DNA of 64,000 nt, taken from assembly GCA_013265495.1 (NCBI GenBank), contig MU058844.1:7811260-7875259 (forward strand), given 5' to 3'. The translations under genes were made by a program, and so were the position numbers. This DNA comes from Vicugna vicugna (taxonomy: Eukaryota). The notes beneath the pieces were generated by a model. That model searched no databases. It was not told where the DNA came from and saw only the letters and a list, made by a program, of their open reading frames with translations. How positions within the stretch are numbered: the first letter of the stretch is position 1; each line of letters begins with the position of its first letter. Positions 1-13,476 of the stretch are shown piece by piece.

Positions 1-681
1 CACAGGAGCGTAACTAAACCAGCCAAGGCAGCTGGTTATACGTTTGCTTCCTTCTCGTATTACCGCTGGGCTTTTCCTTCTTTAATGTGAATTTTTACTG
101 TCTTACTCTACTGTTACTCTCTTTTTTTAGCTTTACTGAGGTATCACTGACAAATAAAATACTCTACTGTATTCTTACTGCAAACATACCCAAACAATTT
201 CTAGAAGCAGATGAAATGTAAAAAATAAAATAAAGAATAGCTTTCAAGCTATCTTTTGGACAGTGCATTTACTTGTTTCTAAAAGTATCTTTATTAAGCT
301 TCTACTTTGTGTCAGATACATTCCTACATTTCTACGTCCTCTCTCAAAAAACAGGAAATCGAAGATTAAAATCAGTTTTTCATTTCACAAAATTTTGTAA
401 AAAATTTTAATTGGACTGTAAATTTAATCAGAAAATTACATAAATATATAATCATGATTTTTACTACTACAGAGGAGAGTCATACACTACAAGATAGTTT
501 AGTATCATACCAGTTATGTTAAAACTGGACAAGAGAAGAATAAGATGACATCAATATTTCCATTATCAGAATATTCTTGAGCACTGCTCATTCAACCAAT
601 GGCCAGATTAGGTAGATTCTGTATCTTTTACATGTGTGATTTTAAGTCCAATCTCTCATTTACTTCAGTTTAGTTTCTTAC

Positions 682-746
682 CTGGATTAACACAACGGCT
701 AACCTAAATGCCTTCTGACTGTTTCGAACCATTTCTACTGGAGTTA
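682..746 (-). CDS. Candidate internal coding exon (65 nt, phase 1 to 0) of an unidentified minus-strand gene
   Basis: Minus strand reads ctttttaatgatag|TAACTCCAG...TTAATCCAG|gtaaga. Strong donor, moderate acceptor, open frame TPVEMVRNSQKAFRLAVVLIQ, non-repetitive sequence. Protein not recognised. Confidence 0.35.
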
Positions 747-804
747 CTATCATTAAAAAGCGTTACTTTCATAAAGTACAAATTTGATCATGACATCGAA
801 GAAA

Positions 805-910
805 AAATGGCAACGAGCTGACAATTTTTGAAGCTGAGTAATATGTAAATGGAAGTTCATTATCACATAATCAAAATTTGTATATATTAGACTTCTCATA
901 AAAAAGAATT
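805..910 (+). mobile_element. Old L1 (L1M/L1ME-type) 3' end fragment
   Basis: Resembles the ancient L1 3' terminus (tttgaagctgagtaat...ggaagttcattat...tttgtatat) followed by an A-rich tail. Confidence 0.45.
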
Positions 911-1609
911 GTAAAACCACTTTACCTGATAATTACGGGATGAAACAGAAACAATTCTGTATTACACACAGTGTTTCTCAGATATGTATTGAGGCTAAAA
1001 GCTTTGCCTGGAATCAAACAGAACCAGGCATTTTATATCCTAATTTCAATTCCTAACAGCATCCTGATTACTCACATTAGTAAATCAAATTTCAACTTTT
1101 CCATAGAGAAAAATTAGTCACTGAAGGGAAAACAGAAATAAAGAAGAACAGCAAAAGAAGAAGCTAAACAGAGTTTCTATTTCTATTACTATTTCAGTCC
1201 ACGTGAATGTTGAGATGAATTATTTAAACTTTGAGAATGGTCTCCCCATGAATCAAATTATAGTTATCATTTATTCCAAATATCAGTGAAAATTCTTCCT
1301 ACAGTGGTGCCATTAGGTAAGTGCAAGTTAAAGTTAAATAAAACAAAAATGAAACAAGTTGGTAAAAGAAACTGAACAAAATCTTGCAAACTGGCACATG
1401 TTCAGAAGATGTCTAAAACATACTAAGAAGAAGAAGTCAAAATTTTGATAATATGCTCAAATAGCACCAATCATCTGCCTACAAGAACATAAATATCACT
1501 GACTCTTTGTCTTAACAAACCTTCAATGATCCTTCTTTAGCCTGGTTCTGATGACCTTAGAACTTATAAATGACCTTGTAAGATTGCTAAAGATAGTCAA
1601 CAATAATAA

Positions 1610-2125
1610 TGGACCTTCATTTTTGCCTCCAGTCCCTCTTCTAATAATAACATCTCAAATTTCCTTTAAGAAGCAATCCCTCCTTGACTTTTAGCCCATC
1701 AAATTCAGGTGGGACTATTACTACCCTCTTCTTGATGTAAGTCTGACCAATCAGTGAATCCCACCCCACGGGCTCCACCAATCAGCTCAGGGACAACATT
1801 TATCACAGGTTATCCCAAGACTTGTGCAGCATCTATTGGGAAAGATAATGTTTCTTTCCATGGAGGTTAATAAGCTATAAGTGTGTGAGTCTGAAGCTAC
1901 CAGAAGCCACTGTGGGAAAGCTTTGAGAGGTGGGAGTGTTGGGGATAAGCCACAGTGAGAAGGAATCCAACACAGGGACGCAAAGACAAGAACGTATTAT
2001 ATAAGCTCTTTGAAGAACCTGAACTCAGCTGTCCTAGGTTGCACTCCCCTGAACCCTCCTACTACATGAGCCTGTAAGTGTGTCAGTGAGCCTGGTTTCT
2101 GTCCCTTATTGACAGAATCCTGATC
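1610..2125 (+). mobile_element. MaLR LTR (old MLT1J/K/L-like)
   Basis: MLT1-type motifs (ctgaccaatcag, gagtctgaagctac, tacatgagcc...ggtttctgtc...gaatcctga). Confidence 0.55.
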
Positions 2126-2149
2126 ACCAAATTGTTCTATGGCTCATTA

Positions 2150-2290
2150 TGCCTTTGTTTTCTTATCTGCAAAATTAGTAAACTACTTCTTTTGGGAGAA
2201 GTAAATGAATGAATACATTTAAGGCCTTACTATAGTACTTGTGTACAGTAAGTACTTAATAATACTACATGTAATTATTATAGTTATTAT
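2150..2290 (+). mobile_element. MIR SINE fragment
   Basis: MIR core-like gttttcttatctgcaaaat...agtaagtacttaataat. Confidence 0.55.
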
Positions 2291-2669
2291 TTTTAAAATA
2301 TTTATATAGACCAACATAGACGAACAATGGCTTTGCCTGTTACAGCATCCGCTCTAGTGAGCCCTAAATATGCGTGCAGTGCAATCACTTCACATTTTGA
2401 ACACACAGAGAAGCAGTCCCATGACTTCACCAAGTTTAAAACTTCGAATAATTGACTCCAGTAGAATTTCTGTTTATTGAGATTGAACAACTGCATTTCA
2501 CACAAATTAAAGAAAATCACTTCTGATGACCCTGGAAGTTACTTTTAACTTTATGAGTGACATCTGTCTGTTCTTTGCCAGACTCCCTGCTATTGCCTTC
2601 AAGTGCAGTTCACTCTCTCACACTCCCAATCCCATCCGCATACCCTCTGTTGTTTCTCTACCTACTGAC

Positions 2670-3410
2670 GTGTAATAGATCATGTATTTATTTTTACATT
2701 AGCTTCCTGAGTGTAGGGATCTTTTCTTTTTTATTCACTCATGTATCTTCATTCCTAGAGTAGGTATACATTAGATAGTAAGCAAATATTCCTGAATAAA
2801 TGAATTTTCTCCCTGCTTCCTCTCATATCTTCCAAAAGTCTCATCTCAACACAGCAGCTAGGCAATAACCTCTAAATTTAAATCAGGTCATTAGCGCTCA
2901 AAACCTTCTAAGAACTTCTTTCTATAGTTAGACTAAAGTCCAAAATCCATGTGAGGCTCTAGATGACCTGGCCCTTTGCCACCATCTATAATTACCTTTT
3001 GCTTTTCCTCTTTCTCAGTCCTTACCAGTCACAGGGGCTTTTGGCTGTTTTTTGAGCACACCCAGAATGTTTCACACCCATTCAGGGCCTTTGCACTTTC
3101 TCTTCCCTTAGCCCAGAATGCTCTTCCACAAAGATACTCACGTGATTTTACTCGAGATTTTGCCCTAAGGTTCTCCTTGAAGAGGACTTGTCAATCCGAC
3201 TACCTATAATAGCACAACCTCCTGCCATCTTCTGGTCATTATGACGGTTGTTTCTACTTGATTTTACTCACAGCACATCACTACTTGACACATGTATTTA
3301 CATTTATTACGCGCCCTTCCTACCAGAACATAAATTCCTTGAGGGCAGAGACTTTTTCTGGTATTTAACAATAAACAGAGCAAGAAACACATTGAACATT
3401 TACTTGTATA
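2670..3410 (+). mobile_element. L2 LINE fragments (two 3' ends)
   Basis: L2 3' motifs: agcttcctgagtgtagggat...tcctgaataaatgaat, cagggcctttgcactt...gcccagaatgctctt, and aaattccttgagggcagaga. Confidence 0.65.
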
Positions 3411-3831
3411 GGCACCCTCATAAAGATCAGTCCAATTGTCTCGGAAATAAAGTCTATTGGTAAGACTTAGACAGATTAGGTAGAATATAGCAACTGAGAT
3501 ATTTTTTTTCCTCTTTTGGTATATTTTTCCCCATGTTAAGAACTATTAAAGCAAATATTTCAGTCTCTCCTCAAAAATACAACAAAGAGAAAACTCCATC
3601 TTTTTGAAACTTTGCTGTACCTTCTATATTAACTGAAGGCAGTTAATCTTAGAGCTATTGTGATAGAAATTAATAATCTTCCTTGTGACTCTAATTACCT
3701 AACACAATACAACACACAATTTAATGGCTAATGAGTCTGAATTTATTTCAGATCTCCAAGATTTTAAAATATGAAAGGCATACAAGCATTCTTCACTCCC
3801 CCTACCCCATTTTCCATGTAGTGGGGCTTTA

Positions 3832-3991
3832 TTCATTTTTCTGCAGGGAGGAGCAATCATTCATTTGGTAGGTTTAGCAGAAGGGGCCCATCGTGTTCTC
3901 CTCCCCCACCTTAAATGGAGGCAGTGGAGATTGAACCCAGCACCTCTTGCACACCAAGTATGCCCTCTACCACTGAGCTACACCCGCCACC
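3832..3991 (-). mobile_element. tRNA-derived SINE, camelid Vic-1-like (diverged)
   Basis: Reverse complement ggtgtagctcagtggtagagggcatacttggtgtgcaagaggtgctgggttcaatctccactgcctcc contains Pol III A and B boxes and resembles the copy at 51451-51578. Confidence 0.7.
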
Positions 3992-5072
3992 ATACTATGC
4001 TTCTTAATCTCTCTCTTCTCTTCCTGAAAAGCAGCTGTCTACAGGAAGCACATAATCACTGCTTTCCCTTCCCCTAAATTTTACACAATCAGGTGTCCAG
4101 AGAGGAGGTCAATGGCTTAATGTCTGTAACTTTGTAGGTAGGTTAAACTCACACATGAAATAACAGCGGGATTTCTTTGTTACAGGCCAAGCCACATTTT
4201 TCCAAACATGATTTCTAGGTGCAATTCTCATGTCTGTTTCTCAGGTGCTTCCAAATACAAGCAGAGAGGGATGTGTTATGCCTTGACCTACCAAGACACC
4301 AACAACCACATCAATCTCCTTTTCAATTTGATAAATGGTATGGCAGTTTAATTCAAAATATTTGCATGTATTTTTTTTTTAGGAAAGCACTACAACCTTA
4401 AGATATTTAATTAATTTTTCCCTAATGTTCTGTTTTTTTTTCTTTTATAAAGGTTCAAAAGCATTTTAATACAATAATGAAAATTAGAATACATTTACAT
4501 AATGAATCAAAGACAGGCTTTGGTATTGTAGAGTGTAGTCTCTTTAAAAACTGTCTTTCTTTTCTTTTGACTATTATGGGTTGTCAACCTCCATTCAGAA
4601 AAGAATAAAGAAAAGCATTGCTCCCTTGAAATTCCCATCTCACCTTGCCTAACCTTGAAGTCTCACATCCCTCATAACCAATCAGTGTGATAAATGACAC
4701 CCAGCCCTGCTGACTTTTACTAGAATTTCAATTAATCATAACTTAAATTCTATGATTCTCTCAGTCCCTTCTCACCCTGTCTCCCAGAAAATTTGAGATA
4801 CCTTGATAATGTTTAAAAGCTGATTTTTTTATGGGTATTTTCACAGTCATCTCAATAAGCCTGTCTACTATTTTCAAAGTAGAAGTGTGTCTGGAATTTA
4901 CTGCTTATTGAAAGAAGAATCAACTCTATAAGCATTAATTATAAAATAAGTAATATATAACAAACCTTCCCCAAAAGGAGGGAAGGGAGGGGGAGTGGCC
5001 TGCAATGAATGACCTTGATAGCAGACTGACAGTAAAAGCTCTCAAGAAATTACAAAACATCAAATTTCGAAC

Positions 5073-5541
5073 TGTAACCAACTGAGCAGGACCCTCTGGG
5101 TCCTTCCTGAGACAGCCCCCTCCCCCATACGCTCTGCTGCAGCTCCTCTCTGATGTACCCAGAAAGTAGTATCTCATGTCTATTTTCCTGAGTTTTTCAG
5201 ATGCTAAAAACCACAACCAAAGGGAAGAAATTAACTCCTTGATGATCAAGAGCTTGTGGCCCCCAGACCTTCTGGCCCCTAAGGGTTGATAGCATTGACC
5301 ACTGTTCCCTCAACAACCAGAGAATCGTGCATGAGCTGATCACACACCGTACCATCCCCTCCCTTAACTGACCTTTAAATATGCTTTGCTGAAACTCTTC
5401 TTCCAGGTGGTTTTCTAGGGCACGAGCCTCCCGGTCCTCCTTGCTCGGCCCTGTAATAAACCTTTCTCTGCTCCAAACTCCAATGTTTCAGTTTCTTTGT
5501 TCTCACGGTGCATTGGGCACACAAACTTGCATTAGGTAACA
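5073..5541 (+). mobile_element. ERV1-type solo LTR (family A, copy 1)
   Basis: TG...CA ends (tgtaac...ggtaaca), tttaaat TATA-like box, AATAAA at about 5455; collinear with 11693-12168. Confidence 0.8.
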
Positions 5542-5574
5542 AATCCAAAATCTGTAAGAAATGCAAAAAAAAAC

Positions 5575-5605
5575 TATATATATTATATATATATATATAT
5601 ATATA
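5575..5605. repeat. (TA)n microsatellite
   Basis: Run of tatata directly visible. Confidence 0.9.
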
Positions 5606-6071
5606 ATGTCTTTTAGGGACTAGTACATATATGAATGTAATTTTAAAATGTATATTTTTTATGAAAGACTTTACTACTAGATTAAATTGTGAAATGACAG
5701 TTTGGTAGTAAGAACCAATAGGTTCTTACAAGAGAGTGGATGTATGCTATATATCTTGAGATTTTGTTCTTCTCACCAGAAAAATATTCAAATTTTGTAT
5801 TGAGTTTGATTCCCCTCCTAACCCACCACCCATGAAAACCTTGATTTGCCAGAACCCAGTAGAGAATAAATATTTCAAGATTCAATGTTATCTTAATGAC
5901 AGTTCACATGTATCAGAATTCATGTGTACAAATGATTTAGAAAATGATATAGATGTGAATAGATAAGAACAAAATTTTTTTACTCAAAAATTTAGCAAAA
6001 TTAAAACATGTAAAATTTAAAAATTATAGGGCAAACATACATGCTTAATAAATAGAAATAATTTTATGCTT

Positions 6072-6221
6072 GACAAATGAATAAACAGTTGGAATACATA
6101 GAAACATGGATTGATGAATAAAGTAAATAAACTGCATTTAGTAACAGACAAATGAATAAACAGTTGGAATACACAGAAACATGGATTGATGAATAAAGTA
6201 AATAAACTGCATTTAGTAACA
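6072..6221. repeat. 75-bp tandem duplication (2 copies, 1 mismatch)
   Basis: 6072-6146 repeated at 6147-6221; the only difference is atacatag vs atacacag. Confidence 0.95.
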
Positions 6222-8019
6222 GATTACTAAAAGCTGAAGAATTTTTTTGTTACAATATTTTGTGCAGGGGGTTGTAGAGAAAGAAATAGATATACAAAGC
6301 ATATATGATTATCTCTCTAAATACAAAAAAGTAACTTGAACTGCCCTAATAAAAATGGTACTCACAATTTATATGCCCATCATATATGTTACATATTCAT
6401 CTACTTTATGAAAACTATCATGGTTTAATAAATTATTTTTTGCATAGTTGAAAGTTTTTCTCTAATATGTGTGATGTTCTACAGAACAGATTCCAATTTT
6501 AATTTTTAAATGTCTGTTCAAAATGCTGTGACCAGGATATACAGAACTTTCTACCCATATGAATCAGTCTCTCACAGAAATAGAAAAAAAGAATAATGTG
6601 TTAGTGCTTGCTTTATACTCACATAGCAACTGGAATAATTTACATTTTTCATATCATCCACTGGCTTGCTCTCAAATTATTTTCCTCTCATGAACATATC
6701 TCAAAAGAGCATCATAAAAGTTTATAAGATCTTATCCAAACATTTTCCTAATTTAATATTATAGATGGCACTGATACACTGGGTTATAAAATACAGACTT
6801 TCCCAAAGGAGTGAAGTTATTAATAATCAAAGAAAAAATAACCAAAACTAAATTATAAAAGCAGCATTTGAACCTGAGAAGATTACATCCAATAGCAATA
6901 TTCATCACTATCAACTTAAAAAACTGGCTGCAAATGTTAACCCCAACTTCCACCCTTAAATGGGCGCCAATTTGCTATTTTAACTCTTCTGCTTGGTTTG
7001 CAGTGGATTATATGAGGCTACAGATAAATTTAATGAATAAAGATGTATTAAACTAATGAAGCTTTAGATTTCTGTTTTACTATATTGAATTATTTCATAA
7101 AAGTATAAATTTATGCAAAATATGTAATAAAAAACTCATAGCATAGGTCAGAGGCAACATCTAGCTTTCCTGTCAAGGCCTATGCAGTGTATAAAAATTG
7201 CCTTTACCATGATAAACTATAAACTATCTGCCAGTTTCACTTTTTATGCTTGGTAGAGCCACTGTGAGTCTGATAGAAGCAATAAACTACTTTATACTGT
7301 TATTTAAAAAACACCTACTTGAAATTTAGTTTTTTCATAACTGCCTCAGACATTAGCTCATCCTGACCTCCCAAGGGCCCTGGAAAGTAAATAAGGTGTA
7401 TGTTTTTATTCCAACATCAGAGGTTAGGAAACAAACCAACTTATAATAACTGTCTAGATGGGGCCATTTAGTCAAGTGTTCACACGAGGATGATAGCACT
7501 CCTCTGTATGTCTACATTTATTCTCAGTTCAAGAATTCCTGCGATTTTGTACTCTAGCTTTAAAAATGTCATACACATCAAGGGTCTGGAGTTAGGTTTA
7601 AATGTTTCTAGTCTGTTACTCTTTCTGGTCAGATATGACATATCTAGCCTGAAGTGCTGCTTTCTAATCTGTGTACCTCCCAGTATTTTAGGAAAGGCAG
7701 CCTTAAATACAGATATTTGCATGCCAGTATACGTTTTCTCTCAGTGAGTCACTGTGGTTTTGTGACCAAGAGACGAGCCCTGTCCCTCCTGGCCCTGTCC
7801 TTTTGTCCCTCTTATGCCATGTCTGCATATATATATGAAATAGTATCTTATATCCTTTTGCCAAGCTGCTTTTCTCATTGAAAGTCAAATAAAACCACAA
7901 ATTTGCTCACTCTTTCCCTGTATATTCTACTTTCCTCCAAAATTACTCCTCTAGTACCCACCCAAATCCACACAGTAATGCATTATTCTTAAATTTCTCA
8001 GCCTATACATGGGCATGGG

Positions 8020-8170
8020 TTAGCAGCAGAGGAGAAAGAGCACTGGACCAAGAATCAGGCCCCCGAGTTGTGCCCCTAATTAGCACTGAGACACTTGCCA
8101 AGTGCCTCAGAGTCTCAGTTCCAGAGGGGATTCAGCCAGATAAACACTAGCACGTCTAGCGCTAACATTT
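8020..8170 (+). mobile_element. MIR fragment
   Basis: agagcactggaccaagaatcagg...gcctcagagtctcagtt resembles the MIR 5'/core region. Confidence 0.5.
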
Positions 8171-8790
8171 TGTAATTATTCAAGATAAAAAGAAATTTCT
8201 TATAGAATATGTGTCATTTACTTAAAATACATAAAAATAAGACTAAGAAACAGCACAGAGTGCAGGGTGTTGGTAAAAATAAGATTCTCAGATCGAAAGT
8301 CTGTTTTTGCCACTCGATTTATCAATCAGAAGTTTCCATCAACATTTTATCAAACCTTAAGTATAATTGGAAACACATATCCTAAGAAGCTTTAAACTGA
8401 TGGTTCTAACTGGAAAACTGTGACAAAGCAATGACATACACCCATTTGAAACAGACAATATTATCTATTTTAGTAGCTATCTCTATATCCACATCATTAA
8501 TGAATGAAAGCTATGTTTTGATTGTTGTTCTTTTACTTCATTACAACAAAGCTTGGGTAGATCATCCAAGTTGAATTTTCAAAGTCTGAATATAATCTCT
8601 TTAGCATATGCAAAATTCTCTTGGGACATGTATGTGAGGCACCCTCGAATGATGGGCAGTCCTTCAGAGCACTTAGTATGTCAAGGGTAGTACATACAAA
8701 CGATCAGTCAATATGTACCATTCATACATTTTAAGTCAGAGAAAACAAGACAGTTTTAAATGAGAGAATCAAGTCAAAATTATAAGGGCA

Positions 8791-9285
8791 TGAGACAGGC
8801 TGGGACCTGGGATCTGGGACCCTGGGCTGCAATGCCTGCACTGGGACAGAACAACAGAATACAAAGAAAAATATAAGGAACTAAAAATAACTATGTGCAT
8901 GCCAAGTTGGGGCAAGTTATTAACAGTAAGATACAAAAAGACCAAACACCCAACTTTCACTTCTGAGGTGTCGGGAGCAAAAGCAGAATACTGGGAGCAG
9001 AAGCAGGAGACTGTTGTGCATGATCCCTGCACAGAGCAACACCAAGGGAGTGGGCAGGCCACCTAAGCCACCCCTCTGGCCCAGGTCCTGGAGCCACCTT
9101 TACCCTCACCCCACGTAAGGGACCGGCTTGCCCTGCCTCAGGGAGAGAGCAAGGGCAAGTGTTACTGGATTTCGCTCCCTCTTGCTACAGTATGAGTCCC
9201 AGTAAAGTCATGTCTGAGTTTCTCATCTGGCCTCTTATCAACTTCTATTGATTAAGGAGGCCAAGAACCCGGTCGGTCGGTAACA
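8791..9285 (+). mobile_element. ERV1-type solo LTR with perfect 4-bp TSD (ggca)
   Basis: ggca|tgagacagg...cggtaaca|ggca; TG..CA ends; AGTAAA poly(A)-like signal near 9201. Confidence 0.85.
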
Positions 9286-9909
9286 GGCAGACATTTAGAA
9301 TTGGGAATAATTTGCAATCAAAGTCTTTTTTAAATGGGGAACTCTTGGTACCTGCTTAAAAGTTAATAGCAATAGAATTCTCTACACTCAGTTTATGATT
9401 CCCCTAAACAATGAGGAGACAGCTGGTGATCAAAATATTTATTAATCGCCCAGAGATGATATAAAGTTCACATCTAAACACATGGGCTGTAGTTTATTCA
9501 CTCACCAAAAAATTTTGCTTCTGGGAATAAAGTGAGACAAATTATGTTAGAGAGTAAAATAAGATGCATGAATGCACTTATATTTTTATACAAAACTTTA
9601 TCAGCTATGAATTTTATCTCATACCAGAAACAAATGTGGAAATGAAGCAGATCAATCTGAAGACTTTTTGGTAAAGTAAGAATATAAGGCACTAGGAATG
9701 AAAAACAATATAAACATGTCCCCTCAGGATATTTCATCATCTTGACAGTATTGGTTGTGGGTTTAAAACCTGTTTAATCATCTGAACAAAATCTGAACTA
9801 CACTCAGAAATTGGGTCACCTAAGCCAAAGTCATTTCCGAAATATTCTCAGTAACAACATAAAAAGTAATGTTAATGCAAAACAATTACATCAACAAATT
9901 ACAACTCTT

Positions 9910-10260
9910 TATTAGTCAGAATCAGCAAGAATAAATCAGATAAGTAGTGACCCAAAATCCCAGTGAGTTACAACAAAGGTCAGTTTTCACCCAAACTATG
10001 TATTTGTCAAGGACTTTCGGCTTAGCTGCATGTTGTCTCTCTCAATGACTCAGGTCTCTATCTGGAATAGTGACGATCTTTGGCAGAGAAAAACAAAACA
10101 TGGAACACAATGTGCAGGCCCTCAAAGTTTCTGCCTAGAATTTACACAGGTCATTTTCACCCATATCTGGTTAGCTGGAGAAAGTTGCATGACCACTCCT
10201 GTATTCAGAAGGGCTGGAACAGAAAATTCTCCCACAGGAAGTGGACACCACAGAGAGGGA
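9910..10260 (-). mobile_element. MaLR LTR (MLT1I/J-like)
   Basis: attagtcag...cccaaaatcccagtgagttacaacaaagg and ttttcacccatatctggttagc...catgaccactcct match the reverse MLT1 pattern. Confidence 0.55.
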
Positions 10261-10584
10261 GCTCCACAGGAAGAAAAACTGAAACACAGGAACATCCTAT
10301 TCAATACCAACACACTGTGTTACAATGTTGTGTTGAGTTTTGAATAGGTAAACGTAAGTTTGGTGTTGACCAAAATACACTGTACACTCAATGAAGTTAA
10401 TCATTCCAAATCAGAAGACTTCCTACAAGAAAAATATGAACTGGAGAGCAATTCATGCACTGTGCCTGGATTTAGTGAACAATATTCCAATCTAGCCCAA
10501 AGTTCTAAACATGTGTGCTTCATTTTACTTTTTTGTTTTACATTTTAGATTTACATTTTAAATTTTGTCACATTTTAGAAGTTA

Positions 10585-10810
10585 AAATGAGGTAATTAAT
10601 TGTATTGGTTAAAAGCACATTAGCTGGAACCAGACTTCAGCAGTTCAGATACCTGCTCTGCTGCCTACTAGCTATAAAATCTTGGCCACATAACTTTTCT
10701 GTATTTAAGTTTTTCCATCTATAAAACAAGGATAGTAATATTATTTTCCTCAGGGTATTGCTATAAAATTTAAATGAGATAGTACACATAAGCGCACTAT
10801 GCCGGTACCA
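10585..10810 (+). mobile_element. MIR SINE (near full length)
   Basis: gtattggttaaaagcac...ctggaaccagac...ttttccatctataaaacaaggatagtaat...aaatgagatagtacacataagcgcact. Confidence 0.8.
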
Positions 10811-10899
10811 AACTGTTTTTATTTCAGTGGCTTTCAAGGACAGTTAAGCTGTAATCTAAAGTAAAGCTACCTACGTCCATCCTTCTTTTCTGTTTCCTT

Positions 10900-11260
10900 C
10901 TGAATATTCTAGGCCATCTTTACTAAAAATCTCCTATGTTAAATAGAATATTTTTCTAGTTTTAAAAATAAACAAGTAAACAAATACACCTTCATTTTTA
11001 TAACTGATACTGCATTAAATTAATATTAATTTGGGAGAGAACTGCTTTTTCTATTACATAACTTCTCATCTAAGAACATGTTATTTCTAATTGTTCAATG
11101 GTATGTCTCATCCTTCAATAAGATTTTATAGATTTTGTTTCACTTTTGCAAACTGAATATCTAGTATTTCCATTTCTAACTGTCTATTGCCATTAGGAAT
11201 ATATTTTGTTAATAGATATCCATCATCTTTATAATCTTATTAAATATAGTAGTTTTGCTA
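10900..11260 (-). mobile_element. Old L1 ORF2 fragment
   Basis: tgcattaaattaatattaatttgggagagaactg...catctaagaacatg resembles antisense L1 ORF2. Confidence 0.5.
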
Positions 11261-11692
11261 GAGACTCGGGAATATAGAAGAAGGAAAGATTTATTGAGGA
11301 AACTAACCTGCGCTTTGAGAGCATAAATGAAAGAGGATAGGAAGAGAACAAGAGGCAAAAATGAAGCAAGGCCTGCTTCGCCTCCCAGGGAGACTAATTC
11401 TGGTTTATTTTCTCGAGAGAATTGCGTTTCCTGACATGAGCTTAGACAAAGTTACACTGCTGAGTGATCATGCAGTTTATGGAAAAGAGCTAACCAGACT
11501 TCCAGTTTGAGTAACTAAAGAAAATACTTGCTGGGACCAATTACTATTCTGTTAATGACACTAAAAAAATACAAAACAAAAACCAAAAAACAAAAACCTT
11601 CTGTTGTGCACTGCAGAAAATCATGGAAGTGAAAATTTCTCCGGTTGGGTGTCAGAGGCTCACAGAACCAATAAAACTTCAGAAATCCATTT

Positions 11693-12168
11693 TGTATCAG
11701 AGCAAGACCCTGTGGGTCCTTCTTGGCACAGACCCTTCCCCCATATGCTCTGTTGCAGCTCTTCTCTGATGTGCCCGGATAATAGTATCTCATGTCTATT
11801 TCCTGAGTTTTTCAGATGCTAAAAACCACCACCGAAGGAAAGAAATTAACTACTTGATGATGGAGAGCAAGTAGCCCCCAAACCTTCTGGCGCCCAGGGG
11901 TTGACAGTGTTAACCACCTTGTTCCCTCCACATCCACCAGTCAGAGAATTGTGCGCGAGCTGATCAAACACCTGCGACCCCTCCTCCCTTACCTGGCCTT
12001 TAAATGTGCTTTGCTGAAACCCTTTAGAGAGTTCCGGGTTTTCTTGGGCATGAGCCACCCCATCCTCCTTGCTCGGCCCTGCAATAAGCCTTTCTCTGTT
12101 CCAAACTCCGGTGTTTCCGTTTGTTTGGCCTCATGGTGCAACAGGCACAAACTTTGCCTTTGGTAACA
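11693..12168 (+). mobile_element. ERV1-type solo LTR (family A, copy 2)
   Basis: tgtatc...ggtaaca; aligns end to end with 5073-5541 (about 13 differences in one 110-nt block compared by eye). Confidence 0.8.
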
Positions 12169-13476
12169 ACCTCTGCTCTGTGATCAATTCATTGTCTATG
12201 ACTGAGCCCTCGTTTCTGAGTCTAGACAATCCTGACTACCATAAAGAGAGCTGCTAACAACAGATGAGGCAATTTATGTAAAAACCCCCGAGCATAATAC
12301 TTAACAAATACAAATTTTCAACATATTGGTTTGCTTTGGGCTTCGTGATAAGTGTTCAAAATAATTTAAATTTTCTAAAATTTTATGTTTCCTATAAACC
12401 ACTTGGGCTATGCTCTATTCTATTTCCTTAGTAAACCAAATCCCGACTGATATATCTGAGTTTTCTTTGGCACGTAAAGTTCATTAATTTTATAGCAAAC
12501 AGATTTCAGATGACAGTCTTCTAACCTCCAATTTTTTTGGACCAGGAATATATTCTGCTGAGCAAAAATAATAATGCTCCAAACTTGTTTATTCAGTAGA
12601 ATCACTTCAAGAAACATTAATAGCCTTACCGACAAAAGTAAAAGCCTATTAGATTTTGCTTATGGAATCTGCTATCCCAGCCTCTAGTTATTACTCTCTC
12701 AAGAGTCTGGGGAAAGGATTGCGCTATGTGATCATGATTTATCTTCCTCAGTGTGAACAGTTAGTGACAAGATAAAAAATACAAGCTTGAAAAAGAAGCT
12801 GAATTTTCAGCGGAAAGCTTAGCCTTGTTAAGCATGCAATTGGCATAATTTCAGATAAAGAACAGAACAATCTGCGTCTTTGCATACATAATTTAAGACT
12901 CAGCCACTATGGTTGCAGCCACAGTGAATGTAAATTGCTCTTTCTGCAGATTTAAAGTTCTCAGGCATCAATAACAGACTCTTTGACCATTCAGATCTCA
13001 CTTCCAGGCAACAGTTAGGAGATAAAGTTTCCAATTTAAATATCTCTTGTTTATTTCAAAGAATGGTTTTTAAACACTTGCTAAAATGTTGATACTACAA
13101 GATCACTTGTTACATAAAAAGCTAGCATGGCAGCAAATTTGCAGGGTCCTTGAGGGTTAATAAAATCAGATCTCCATGGCTTCAGTAAATCTATTGTTTA
13201 TGTGGATATTCTTGATTTTTTTTCCTGTTTTTATCTTTTCCCTCGAACAAGGAAGAGTGAAAATTAACCTTCTAGAAACCACAAACTTATGGGATAGACC
13301 AAGAAGTCAAGGTGAACAAATTCAATGTGAAACCAGTCTGTAAAATTTAATAGTACAAATCTTAAGTGTAGAAGGGAGTGTAATAATTTCCTTGAATTTA
13401 TGGAGTTTTCCCTTCATCCTTCATATTCCTGTCATTCTGATAGAAAATAAAGTTCTAAGGTTTAAAATCTTTGATT

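Noticed and set aside
3900..3991. tRNA gene (also 51500-51578)
   Set aside because: tRNA-like A and B boxes are present, but with SINE tails, a TSD at the second copy and no intact acceptor stem; these are SINEs.
4935..11793. Similar ORFs at 4935-5249 and 11515-11793 (MRYYFLGTSE / MRYYYPGTSE) as paralogous genes
   Set aside because: They are antisense readings of two copies of the same LTR.
12630..12706. Minus-strand exon candidate (77 nt, TLERVITRGWDSRFHKQNLIGFYFC)
   Set aside because: Splice signals are plausible, but the only open frame is phase 0 to 2, incompatible with the neighbouring candidates, and there is no other support.
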